This document shows positions 29,337 to 37,930 of a DNA stretch of 64,000 bases, piece after piece. Location of the stretch: assembly GCA_041559015.1 (NCBI GenBank), contig JBFFED010000004.1, forward strand, positions 2,781 through 66,780, in the 5' to 3' direction. The DNA is from Thermoplasmata archaeon (GTDB lineage Archaea; Thermoplasmatota; Thermoplasmata; UBA10834). Position 1 is the first letter of the stretch; each line of letters opens with the position of its first letter. The notes under the pieces are model-generated. The model had not been told where the DNA came from, did not search any database, and saw only the letters and a program-made list of their open reading frames with translations. The translations under genes and the position numbers were made by a program.

Positions 29337-30243
29337 GCAGGTCGAAAGATGCCCTGAGTGCAACAGCTCGCACCTGGTGAGAGACTACGAACGCGGAGAA
29401 CTGGTGTGCGAGGACTGCGGGATAGTCCTTGACGACCAGCTCATCGACCAGGGCCCCGAGTGGAGGGCTTTCGACGTAGAGCAGGGGGAGAAGAGGGCAA
29501 GGACTGGCGCGCCCATGACGTATACCATACACGACAAGGGGCTGTCGACCGAGATCTCCTGGAAGAACAAGGACTCTTACGGCAAGAGCATCCCGACCAG
29601 GAACAGGGCGCAGCTCTACAGGCTCAGAAAGTGGCAGCGCAGGATCAGGGTCAGCAACGCGACCGAGAGGAACCTCGCGTTCGCGCTCAGCGAGCTCGAC
29701 CGGATGGCGTCGTCCATGGGCCTCCCGAGGAACGTCAGGGAAACCGCCGCGATGACCTACAGGAAGGCCGTGAACAAGAACCTGATCAGGGGCAGGAGCA
29801 TAGAGGGCGTGGTCGCAGCATCGCTCTACGCCGCCTGCAGGCAGTGCAACGTCCCGAGGACGTTGGACGAGGTCGCGAACTCCTCGAGGGTAGGCAGGAA
29901 GGAGATCGGGAGGACATACAGGTTCATGACCCGCGAGCTCAAGCTCAAGCTGATGCCCACGAAGCCGCAGGACTACGTCTCCAGGTTCTGCTCCGAGCTG
30001 AAGCTGTCGGGGGAGGTGCAGGCGAAGGCCGCGGAGATCCTGAAGGACGCCGCGAAGAAGGAACTGACCTCCGGCAGAGGACCGACTGGCGTCGCGGCCG
30101 CTGCGATATACATCTCTTCCATCCTGTGCAACGAGCGCAGGACGCAGAGAGAGGTCGCGGACATCGCGGGAGTGACAGAGGTCACCATCAGGAACCGCTA
30201 CAAGGAGCTCACGGAGAAGCTGGGCATCGAGGTCCAGCTCTGA
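29311..30243 (+). CDS. tfb: Transcription initiation factor IIB (TFB)
   Basis: N-terminal zinc ribbon [24 protein letters not shown], two cyclin-like repeats; ORF opens at 29266, ATG 29311 (MAKVREE) most plausible; overlaps the gar1 3' end. Confidence 0.92.
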   Translation: MAKVREETEQVERCPECNSSHLVRDYERGELVCEDCGIVLDDQLIDQGPEWRAFDVEQGEKRARTGAPMTYTIHDKGLSTEISWKNKDSYGKSIPTRNRAQLYRLRKWQRRIRVSNATERNLAFALSELDRMASSMGLPRNVRETAAMTYRKAVNKNLIRGRSIEGVVAASLYAACRQCNVPRTLDEVANSSRVGRKEIGRTYRFMTRELKLKLMPTKPQDYVSRFCSELKLSGEVQAKAAEILKDAAKKELTSGRGPTGVAAAAIYISSILCNERRTQREVADIAGVTEVTIRNRYKELTEKLGIEVQL

Positions 30244-30272
30244 GGGCTCCTCCATCAAACCCCTCTCAAACC

Positions 30273-30824
30273 CTAGTCCTTCGTTTTCATCCTGACGAAC
30301 GTGTCAGGCCTCTGCTCCTCAGGGCCTGCTCTCTCGAGGCCGGCCACGACCTTGGCCTCGCCCGTGAGCACGCCGTGCATGCCACCCTGGGATCCAGCGG
30401 GACGAACGATTGGCCAGCCGGTCCTCTGAGGCCGGAGGTGTCTGGCTGCCTCCGAATGTATAGCGAAGAGAACCGCGAACCCGATTGCCATGCTGGGGCC
30501 GAATCCGAAGATTATCACCGCCCACAACCAGGCGTCCCAGTTCGTGGACCAAGGGGACACGCCAGGGATTGCGAGTACCCCGACGAGCAGCGGCAGGGCC
30601 AGCAGAGCGGCCAAGGCGAACAACGGCTTCTCGACTATGCGGCCAGGGCCAGGATACCGCCACGCGAGCACCAGGATGCCCACGGCCCAAGCGGCGGGGA
30701 CCAGCAGTAATATCAGGTCGCCCACAACCCCCCCGAACATGACAATGACCGGACCGACGGCAATCAGACTCGCCACGAACAGGCCGAATGGGACATCAAT
30801 CCAATTGAAGTCTCGCAGTGCCAT
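30273..30824 (-). CDS. Hypothetical integral membrane protein (183 aa)
   Basis: Four to five hydrophobic helices, charged C-terminal tail; no family recognised. Confidence 0.5.
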   Translation of the reverse strand: MALRDFNWIDVPFGLFVASLIAVGPVIVMFGGVVGDLILLLVPAAWAVGILVLAWRYPGPGRIVEKPLFALAALLALPLLVGVLAIPGVSPWSTNWDAWLWAVIIFGFGPSMAIGFAVLFAIHSEAARHLRPQRTGWPIVRPAGSQGGMHGVLTGEAKVVAGLERAGPEEQRPDTFVRMKTKD

Positions 30825-30972
30825 ATTCCTCTTCCTCCAGTCATATGATGCGCGCGAGAGTATTTACATTCTCGGTGGGAAGCCCTGTGGCCTCGGAGAA
30901 GCGCAGACGGGGCCGTGTAGAATGGACACTTTTTTATGCGACGCCCACCTTCCTGAGAAATGGGGAGAAGAC

Positions 30973-31983
30973 TTGGTAAGGGTCGGCATCAACGGTTTCG
31001 GAAGGATTGGTAGGAATTTCTACAGGGCGGCGCTCAAGCACGAGGCTTTCGGCAAGGATCTCGAGATAGTCGCGGTGAACGATATCGCCCCCGTGGACTC
31101 GCTCGCATACATGCTGAAGTGGGATTCCGTGTACGGCAAGCTGGGAAAGGAAGTCAGGGTCGACGGGGCAGGGATATCCGTCGGAGGGAAGAGGTTCGAA
31201 GTCACTCAGGTGAAGGACCCCGCGGAGATACCATGGGGCAGACTGGGAGTGGAGATCGTCCTGGAGTCGACCGGGCTGTTCACCGAGAGGGAGAAGGCTG
31301 CGAAGCATCTGACCTCAGGCGTCAGGAAGGTGCTGATATCTGCACCCGCAAAGGGGCCTGACATCACGCTTGTGCTGGGCGTCAACTACGACATGTATGA
31401 CAAGGAGAAGCACAACGTCGTCTCGATGGCCTCGTGCACGACCGGCAGCCTCGCGCCGCCGGCGAAGGTCATCAACGACAGGTTCGGAATCGAGAAGGGC
31501 ATGATGACTACCATCCATGCCTACACTGGCGACCAGAGGCTCATCGACCTGCCGCACAAGGACCTCAGGAGGGGCAGGGCGGCCGCGCTGTCGATCATAC
31601 CTACATCCACAGGGGCCGCCAAGGCCATCGGGGAGGTCGTGCCCGCGCTGAAGGGCAGGTTGAACGGGTTCGCGCTGAGGGTCCCGACCCCGTGCGGCTC
31701 TGTCACCGACCTCAGCTTCGCGCTCTCGAAGGAGGCCACCGCTGAGGACATCAACGCGACCCTGAAGGATGCGGCAGACGGCGGGATGAGGGGTATCATG
31801 GAGTACTGCTCCGAGCCCATAGTCTCAGCGGACATCGTCGGCAACTCGCACTCGAGCGTGATTGACTCGCTCAGCACGATGGTCATAGGCGGCAAGGGCA
31901 ACTTCGGCAAGATACTCTCGTGGTACGACAACGAATGGGGCTATTCGAACAGGCTCGTGGACCTGTCACAGAAGCTCCTGTGA
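30973..31983 (+). CDS. gap: Glyceraldehyde-3-phosphate dehydrogenase, class I (bacterial/eukaryotic type)
   Basis: VRVGINGFGRIGRN, catalytic ASCTTGSLAP, WYDNEWGYSNR; TTG 30973 gives the canonical MVRVGINGFG N-terminus (ggggag 5 nt upstream); in-frame ATG 30922 is the alternative; the 30490 ORF start is an artefact. Confidence 0.9.
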   Translation: MVRVGINGFGRIGRNFYRAALKHEAFGKDLEIVAVNDIAPVDSLAYMLKWDSVYGKLGKEVRVDGAGISVGGKRFEVTQVKDPAEIPWGRLGVEIVLESTGLFTEREKAAKHLTSGVRKVLISAPAKGPDITLVLGVNYDMYDKEKHNVVSMASCTTGSLAPPAKVINDRFGIEKGMMTTIHAYTGDQRLIDLPHKDLRRGRAAALSIIPTSTGAAKAIGEVVPALKGRLNGFALRVPTPCGSVTDLSFALSKEATAEDINATLKDAADGGMRGIMEYCSEPIVSADIVGNSHSSVIDSLSTMVIGGKGNFGKILSWYDNEWGYSNRLVDLSQKLL

Positions 31984-32013
31984 GTCCCCGACTGACAGAG
32001 TTCCTGGACTACT

Positions 32014-32022
32014 CATTAATAG
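32014..32022 (+). promoter_or_regulatory. TATA-like box cattaatag
   Basis: Centred 28 nt upstream of ATG 32046 of an unlisted 52-codon ORF. Confidence 0.35.
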
Positions 32023-32045
32023 CCGTGGCGCTCTAGACATCCGCG

Positions 32046-32204
32046 ATGGTATCCTGCTACGACTGCGAACACTTCGGCACGAAGTGCAGTGGCATAGTGC
32101 CCCCAATCGAGTACAGGGACAGGATAGACGAGTACTGCGCCAAGTTCATTGTGATCAGCTGGAGAGCACAGCTCTACAAGCCTGCTGGCAAGTCGAGGAT
32201 GTAG
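32046..32204 (+). CDS. Candidate small Cys-containing protein (52 aa; below the ORF-track cutoff)
   Basis: Hand translation: MVSCYDCEHFGTKCSGIVPPIEYRDRIDEYCAKFIVISWRAQLYKPAGKSRM; GC3-biased codons; exactly fills the gap between the gap and endA stops. Confidence 0.35.
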   Translation: MVSCYDCEHFGTKCSGIVPPIEYRDRIDEYCAKFIVISWRAQLYKPAGKSRM

Positions 32205-33260
32205 CTACGGCCGGAACCTGCTTAGGCTGACGTACTCGACCTCTCTCTCGGACACCCTCCCGAGCAGGATCTCCTTCTTCACCCCGTGCGCTAGCCTGAC
32301 CGCGCGGCTCACCTCGGGCCACATCGCCTTATACCCCTTCGGAACCGCGTGAACGAGATACCGCGCATGCTGCTTCTCGGGGTCGGCCTCGTAGGCCCTG
32401 AAGTGAGAGCCGTACTTGAAGCCGGTCTTGACTATGAGGCCCTTGGACTTCATGTCCTTGAAAGCGTCGAGTCTGAGATCGAAATCGGGCTGGATGCCCC
32501 TGGCCTTCTTCTTCAGAGTGACCAGGGCGACCTGCCTGCCTGTCTTCGCGTCTGCGAGCTTGACGGCCCCCAGCTCGACCAGGAAGGCCGCCTCGAGGAG
32601 CGATAGCTGCAGCATCCTGCCCATCTGCTTCCCGAAATGGTGCCCTCCGTGCAGCGCCTGAGCGTCCTCAGGGTCGGTGACCAGGACACGGTCCCCCATG
32701 AGGATCGCCTTGGGCTGCCGGCTCAGGTCCACTGCCCCGAGCTTGCCCTTGGGCGAGACCCTCCTGACCTCGTAGTAGGTGACATCGCTCTCCTCGTCGA
32801 CTACCGCCAGTAGCAGCTTCTTGCGGACATCTACCGTCCTGTCGAGGTTGTCGAGGAGCCTGCCGAGATCGAATGTTGACCTCTCGGATATGGCGGCCAC
32901 CCACCACTTGCTCGGGGTCTTGTTCGGGCTGCCGCCCCTCGGGAACACCCGGAAGTCCAAGGGCGCCTGGCCGAACTTGACGATGTACCCTCTCTGCCTG
33001 AGCTCCCTGTACACGAGGTACCTGACCTCGAACCCCTCGGAGAGCTTATGGGCCAGCTTGATGAGGTCCCCTGCGGACATGGGTTCGCCGCCGGAGAGCA
33101 CCGCCAGCCTCTCGGACTCGACCAAGTAAGCCGCCTCCATTATGTCCAACTTGAGGCTCCCGCCTGTCTGCGGGACGCCGTAGTACCCCTTGTTGTACGT
33201 TTGACTTGCCTCTGCTTGGTCCTCGATGACGACCTCAGAGCCTCTAAGCTGACCTGCCAT
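32205..33260 (-). CDS. endA: tRNA-splicing endonuclease, tandem-duplicated (two-unit) form
   Basis: 351 aa with two repeats: YLVYRELRQRGYIVKFG in the first, GFKYGSHFRAYE..YLVHAV (catalytic Tyr/His region) in the second. Confidence 0.88.
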   Translation of the reverse strand: MAGQLRGSEVVIEDQAEASQTYNKGYYGVPQTGGSLKLDIMEAAYLVESERLAVLSGGEPMSAGDLIKLAHKLSEGFEVRYLVYRELRQRGYIVKFGQAPLDFRVFPRGGSPNKTPSKWWVAAISERSTFDLGRLLDNLDRTVDVRKKLLLAVVDEESDVTYYEVRRVSPKGKLGAVDLSRQPKAILMGDRVLVTDPEDAQALHGGHHFGKQMGRMLQLSLLEAAFLVELGAVKLADAKTGRQVALVTLKKKARGIQPDFDLRLDAFKDMKSKGLIVKTGFKYGSHFRAYEADPEKQHARYLVHAVPKGYKAMWPEVSRAVRLAHGVKKEILLGRVSEREVEYVSLSRFRP

Positions 33261-33284
33261 TGCCCTCGGAATATGGGATTCGGT

Positions 33285-33293
33285 AGTTATTAC
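33285..33293 (-). promoter_or_regulatory. TATA-like box (gtaataact on the minus strand) for endA
   Basis: Centred about 29 nt upstream of the endA ATG (33260). Confidence 0.35.
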
Positions 33294-33402
33294 TGCGCCA
33301 TGGTGATGCCCCGACGGTCCGTGGGAGCGCGACTGTCATTTGCAGGAGACTTCCATGGACTGCTGGCTTGAGGTGTTGCGAGCCGAAACACTCAATGGAA
33401 AC

Positions 33403-33411
33403 TTTCATATA
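33403..33411 (+). promoter_or_regulatory. TATA-like box tttcatata upstream of hsp20
   Basis: About 65 nt upstream of ATG 33474, which is preceded by ggaggtg (33461-33467). Confidence 0.4.
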
Positions 33412-33473
33412 GAAGCGCAAACATATTCAAAGGCCGAGGTTCCTATGCCTCTTCTAGAACGGAGGTGCAGGTA

Positions 33474-33977
33474 ATGATCCGAAGAAAGGAAAGAAAGGAA
33501 GGACTGGTGCCGAGGGACTACTGGGGCCCGGCCCTGCTGAGCCCCATGGCCATGATGAACGACATGGACCGGATCTTCGATGATTTCAGGTCTGAGTGGG
33601 AGAGGGCCTTCCTGGCCCCCAGGACTCTAGCGGCCGACCTTGCGAGGCAGCCGCTGATAGACCTTGCGGACAACGGGAAGGAGTACCTCCTGAAGGCGGA
33701 GATCCCCGGCATCAACAAGGAGGACCTCGCAATCGAGGTCGGTGAGAACGAGATAGAGATATCCGGAGAGATAAGGACTGAGGAGAAGGAGGAGGACAAG
33801 GACGGAGGGTACATCCGGAGAGAGAGGAAGTACTCGAAGTTCTACAGGGCCCTCCCGCTGCCCGACCCTGTCGTCGCGGACAAGGCCGAGGCGGAGCTGA
33901 AGGACGGCGTCCTGACGGTGAAGCTCCCCAAGGCGTCGCCGCCGGAGAGGAAGTCGAAGAAGGTCCAGGTGAGGTGA
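33474..33977 (+). CDS. Small heat-shock protein (Hsp20/alpha-crystallin family)
   Basis: Alpha-crystallin core [49 protein letters not shown]; ORF opens at GTG 33465. Confidence 0.88.
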   Translation: MIRRKERKEGLVPRDYWGPALLSPMAMMNDMDRIFDDFRSEWERAFLAPRTLAADLARQPLIDLADNGKEYLLKAEIPGINKEDLAIEVGENEIEISGEIRTEEKEEDKDGGYIRRERKYSKFYRALPLPDPVVADKAEAELKDGVLTVKLPKASPPERKSKKVQVR

Positions 33978-33998
33978 GACTGGAAGCACGCCTGGACT

Positions 33999-34032
33999 CC
34001 ACAAACCTCTTCACCTGCTCAGGGTTTTGTGG
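33999..34032 (+). terminator. Imperfect hairpin ccacaaacc / ggttttgtgg (one bulged T) after hsp20
   Basis: Read directly, 22 nt after the hsp20 stop; contains a T4 run; no TATA box seen before cdc48, so read-through into cdc48 is possible. Confidence 0.3.
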
Positions 34033-34062
34033 GTTCCAATCAACCAATCATCGGTGCGAATC

Positions 34063-36246
34063 ATGTCAGTGAAGAAAGAGAAGATATTCAGAGTTGTCCA
34101 GGCCAAGTCGGCGGACGACGGAAGAGGTGTAGCCCGCATAGACCCTGCCCTGATGCGCATACTGGAGCTGACCCAGGGGGACACGGTCGTTATCGAGGGG
34201 ACCAAGAACACGGTGGCGACAGCCTTCACAGGTTACCCCGAGGACGAGAACCGCGGGACCATCAGGATAGACGGGACCATTCGCAAGAACGCGGGTGTCG
34301 GCCTGGACGAGAAGGTGGGCATCAGGAAGATACTCCCGAAGCCGGCCACGAAGGTGATGCTCGCGCCGACACAGCCTCTCAAGATACTAGGGGGCGAGGA
34401 GTACCTCGCCCAGGCGCTCGAGGGGCGGCCGATCATGAAGGGCGACCTAATAGAGGTCAACATCATGAGCAGGCGGTTCGACCTCGTGGTCCAGAGCTTC
34501 TCGCCCACAGCGGAGGCTGCTTTGATACAGAGCTTCACCGAGGTGAAGCTGAGCGAGAAGCCCGCGAAGCAGGAGGTCGCCAAGGGCCCGAAGGTGGCTT
34601 ACGAGGACATAGGGGGCCTCAAGGAGATCGTCGACAAGGTCAGGGAGATGATCGAGCTCCCCCTGAGACATCCTGAGCTGTTTGATAAGCTTGGTGTCGA
34701 GGCGCCCAAGGGCGTGCTCTTGCACGGGCCCCCTGGCACCGGCAAGACCCTGCTGGCCAAGGCGGTGGCATCCGAGACCAGCGCGAACTTCGTTTCGATA
34801 GGCGGCCCCGAGATAATGAGCAAGTTCTACGGAGAGAGCGAGGAGCGGCTCCGGGAGATATTCAAGGAAGCGGCGGAGAACGCGCCCACAATCATATTCA
34901 TAGACGAGATAGACTCAATCGCCCCGAAGAGAGACGAAGTCACGGCGGAGACTGAGAGGAGGGTCGTCGCCCAGCTCCTAGCCCTCATGGACGGCCTGGA
35001 GGGCAGGGGCAAGGTCGTCGTCATCGGCGCGACCAACAGGCCGAACGCGCTCGACCCGGCGATTAGGCGCCCGGGCAGGTTCGACAGGGAGATCGAGCTC
35101 CCAATCCCGGATAGGGAGGGGAGGCTGGAGATAATCCAGATACACACGAAAGGGATGCCTCTGGCAGACGATGTAGACCTGATCGAGCTCGCGGGCGTAA
35201 CGCACGGCTATGTCGGGGCGGACATCGCAGCGCTCTCGAGGGAGGCCGCGATGCGCGCTCTGCGGAGGATCCTGCCGAACATAGACCTCGAAGCTGAGAG
35301 CATCCCGATCGAGGTGCTGAACGACCTCGAGGTGAAGATGGGCGACTTCACGGACGCCTTCAGAGAAATGCAGCCCTCGACCCTGAGGGAAGTTCTGGTG
35401 GAGTCCCCGAACGTCAGGTGGGAGGACATCGGCGGCCTGGACGAGCCGAAGCAGGAGCTGATGGAGTCGGTCGAATGGCCGCTCCGGTACGGCCCGCTCT
35501 ACAGGCACATGAGCGCGAAGCCACCGAAAGGCATCCTGCTGTACGGGCCGCCCGGCACGGGGAAGACGCTCCTGGCAAAGGCGGTTGCGACTGAGAGTCA
35601 GGCGAACTTCATCTCGGTCAAGGGGCCCGAGTTCCTGTCCAAATGGGTCGGGGAGAGCGAGAAGGCGGTCAGGGAGACCTTCAGGAAGGCCCGGCAGGCC
35701 GCCCCGTGCGTGGTATTCCTGGATGAGATCGACGCCATCGCCCCGGTGAGGGGCACGTCGCACGACTCCGGCGTCACCGAGCGCGTCATCAGCCAGCTCC
35801 TGACGGAGATGGACGGGATCGAATCGCTGCACAACGTGATTGTAATAGCGGCTACGAACAGGCCCGACATCATGGATTCCGCACTGCTCAGGCCGGGAAG
35901 GTTCGACCGGATGGTGCACATAGGCCCTCCAGACCTCGAGGCGAGGAAGGAGATACTCAAGATACACACCAAGGGCAAGCCTGTCGACGAGGATGTGGAC
36001 CTCACGAAGCTGGCCGCCAAGATGGGGAACTTCACTGGGGCGGAGATAGCCGCCGTGTGTAACGAGGCGGTCATGCTGGCCATCAGGGACTATGTCCTCG
36101 AGGGCGAGGACCTGGACGAGGACTCGGTCAAGAAGGTGAAGGTCGGCATGAAGTACTTCGAGAAGGCCATGGAGAACGTGGAGCCGATGAGCGAGAGCGA
36201 GCTGAGGATGTACGAGAAGGTCTCGCCGAACAGCATGTATCGATAG
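34063..36246 (+). CDS. cdc48: CDC48/VCP/VAT-type AAA+ ATPase
   Basis: N-domain ([22 protein letters not shown]), two AAA modules each with [15 protein letters not shown]; ORF opens at TTG 34027, ATG 34063 preferred. Confidence 0.93.
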   Translation: MSVKKEKIFRVVQAKSADDGRGVARIDPALMRILELTQGDTVVIEGTKNTVATAFTGYPEDENRGTIRIDGTIRKNAGVGLDEKVGIRKILPKPATKVMLAPTQPLKILGGEEYLAQALEGRPIMKGDLIEVNIMSRRFDLVVQSFSPTAEAALIQSFTEVKLSEKPAKQEVAKGPKVAYEDIGGLKEIVDKVREMIELPLRHPELFDKLGVEAPKGVLLHGPPGTGKTLLAKAVASETSANFVSIGGPEIMSKFYGESEERLREIFKEAAENAPTIIFIDEIDSIAPKRDEVTAETERRVVAQLLALMDGLEGRGKVVVIGATNRPNALDPAIRRPGRFDREIELPIPDREGRLEIIQIHTKGMPLADDVDLIELAGVTHGYVGADIAALSREAAMRALRRILPNIDLEAESIPIEVLNDLEVKMGDFTDAFREMQPSTLREVLVESPNVRWEDIGGLDEPKQELMESVEWPLRYGPLYRHMSAKPPKGILLYGPPGTGKTLLAKAVATESQANFISVKGPEFLSKWVGESEKAVRETFRKARQAAPCVVFLDEIDAIAPVRGTSHDSGVTERVISQLLTEMDGIESLHNVIVIAATNRPDIMDSALLRPGRFDRMVHIGPPDLEARKEILKIHTKGKPVDEDVDLTKLAAKMGNFTGAEIAAVCNEAVMLAIRDYVLEGEDLDEDSVKKVKVGMKYFEKAMENVEPMSESELRMYEKVSPNSMYR

Positions 36247-36286
36247 CGTCCCCTATGCAATCTTCAATAGACTCGACGCGTTACGG

Positions 36287-37267
36287 ATGAGGAGAAGAAG
36301 AGCTGACATGGCAGCAAGACGCGAGGACCTCTTGGTGAGGGTGCGCCAATCCCTCGGGAAGGCAGGGTTCTTCATATCGGACCCGCACAACATACGCAGC
36401 ATCAGCTTCGACGTGATCGCTCGCAGGGACAAGCAGCTGATCATTGCCAAGGTCCTCACGAACATCGACTCGCTCTCGGCCGAGGACGCCGAGCAATTGA
36501 GCGTCATCGCGAACGCCCTCCAGGGGAGCCCCCTGGTAATAGGGCTGCACTCAAGCTCCGGGAAGCTGGAGAACGGGATACTGTACTCCAGGTTCGGCGT
36601 GCCGATCATATCGGAGGTGACCTTCCACGAGCACGTGCTCGAGGGGGTGCCGCCGTTCGTCTACGCGGCCCCTGGTGGCCTGTATGTGCGCTTGGACGGC
36701 GAACTGCTGAGGAGGATCAGGCAGGAGAGGAACATCTCCCTCGGAACGCTTGCGGAGGTCGCCGGCGTCTCGAGGAAGGCGATCCAGATGTACGAGAGCG
36801 GTATGGGCGCCATGATAGAGATCGCGGCGAAGATTGAGGAGTTCCTCAACGAGCCCATCGTGGTCCCCTTGAACCCGTTCTCCTACACGGCCGAGGTGGA
36901 GAGGACCCTGAGGACCTTCGAGGCCTTCAAGGGGCTCAACAGGGATGTGTTCGAGATGCTGAGGGAGATAGGGTACTCCGTGGTTCCGACCATCAGATGC
37001 CCTTTCGACGCACTCGCGAGCGAGCACGACTTGCTGCTCCTGACGGGCATAGGCGAGAGCCCGGAGATGGCGCTGAGGAAGGCCAGAGTCGTCGGGAACA
37101 TATCGCGCGTGACTGAGAAGAAATCCGTTGTATTCGTCCAGGACAAGCCGACCAAAGAGGACATCGAGGGCACCCCCCTGATAACCAAGGACGAGCTCAG
37201 GCGGGCGGACGACGTGGACGACGTACTCGAACTGATCCTCCTGCGTGAGAAGAGGAAGAAGATATGA
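36287..37267 (+). CDS. Archaeal HTH (XRE-type) putative transcriptional regulator (COG1395-like)
   Basis: Central HTH ISLGTLAEVAGVSRKAIQMYESG flanked by two related domains (FDVIARRDKQLIIAKV / FDALASEHDLLLLTG). Confidence 0.7.
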   Translation: MRRRRADMAARREDLLVRVRQSLGKAGFFISDPHNIRSISFDVIARRDKQLIIAKVLTNIDSLSAEDAEQLSVIANALQGSPLVIGLHSSSGKLENGILYSRFGVPIISEVTFHEHVLEGVPPFVYAAPGGLYVRLDGELLRRIRQERNISLGTLAEVAGVSRKAIQMYESGMGAMIEIAAKIEEFLNEPIVVPLNPFSYTAEVERTLRTFEAFKGLNRDVFEMLREIGYSVVPTIRCPFDALASEHDLLLLTGIGESPEMALRKARVVGNISRVTEKKSVVFVQDKPTKEDIEGTPLITKDELRRADDVDDVLELILLREKRKKI

Positions 37268-37893
37268 AGAGATCTCTGACTGTCGACGGGGGCGAATGCA
37301 GCGTCCAAATCCTGGGCGTCATCAAGGGCCTGAAATCGGAGGCTGGGACGGTCAAGGACGCGTTCGACGCCTTCCAGCCTGACAGAGTGGCCATATCTAT
37401 CTCGGAAGAGGAGCTGGACGGGCTGAGGGAGATGCCTGACGACTACGAGCCCGAGCTCACCAGGTATGAAGAGATATATGCCCAAGGGCTCAGCAGGTTC
37501 GGCGAGGTGTCCGCACCCCCTCCGTGCTACGTCGCCGCTCTGGAGCTGGCGGACCATTTCAAGATCCCGGTCGTGCCTGTGGACATGGACGAAAGTACCT
37601 ATACGGACCTCTACTGCGCGGTCGTGGACGGCACCTCTCTCTTCAGGCACTCCACGAGGACCTGGATGGTGAAGAGGCGCACGTTCAGCGACCGCAGCCC
37701 TGAGGAGTTCGTGCTCGCGTGGGACAGGGCGGTGAACAACCTCGATTGCTTCAGGAGGATCGAGCGGGAGCGCGCCGAGACGATGGCAAAGGGTATCAAG
37801 AAGGCATGCGGGGACGCACGCAGGCTGCTGGCGGTCATAGAGCTGGAGAGGATGGCCGAGGTGCGCCTGCTCCTGGAAGAGAATAGGACTTGA
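37264..37893 (+). CDS. Conserved hypothetical protein, possibly TraB-family-like
   Basis: VQILGVIKGLKSEAGTVKDAFDAFQPDRVAISISEEEL loosely resembles the TraB/GumN N-terminus; start overlaps the upstream stop (ATGA). Confidence 0.4.
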   Translation: MKRSLTVDGGECSVQILGVIKGLKSEAGTVKDAFDAFQPDRVAISISEEELDGLREMPDDYEPELTRYEEIYAQGLSRFGEVSAPPPCYVAALELADHFKIPVVPVDMDESTYTDLYCAVVDGTSLFRHSTRTWMVKRRTFSDRSPEEFVLAWDRAVNNLDCFRRIERERAETMAKGIKKACGDARRLLAVIELERMAEVRLLLEENRT

Positions 37894-37930
37894 GAGGGTT
37901 TGTGGGGTTTCCGGGCTTCTTACGCCCGAC

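Noticed and set aside
29236-30258. 340-aa ORF antisense to tfb (and the 416-aa out-of-frame ORF 29460-30710)
   Set aside because: It completely overlaps a confidently identified gene. The Arg/Pro/Gly-rich, low-complexity translation is typical of spurious frames in GC-rich DNA.
30490-30972. N-terminal ~160-aa extension of the GAPDH ORF
   Set aside because: The extension is antisense to a plausible membrane-protein gene and has Pro/Thr/Arg-rich junk composition. The canonical GAPDH N-terminus begins at TTG 30973.
34978-35967. 329-aa ORF antisense to cdc48; similar long shadows at 23093-24286 (guaA-B/purE) and 52330-53319 (atpB)
   Set aside because: They overlap unmistakable housekeeping genes and have no start-site signals or motifs.
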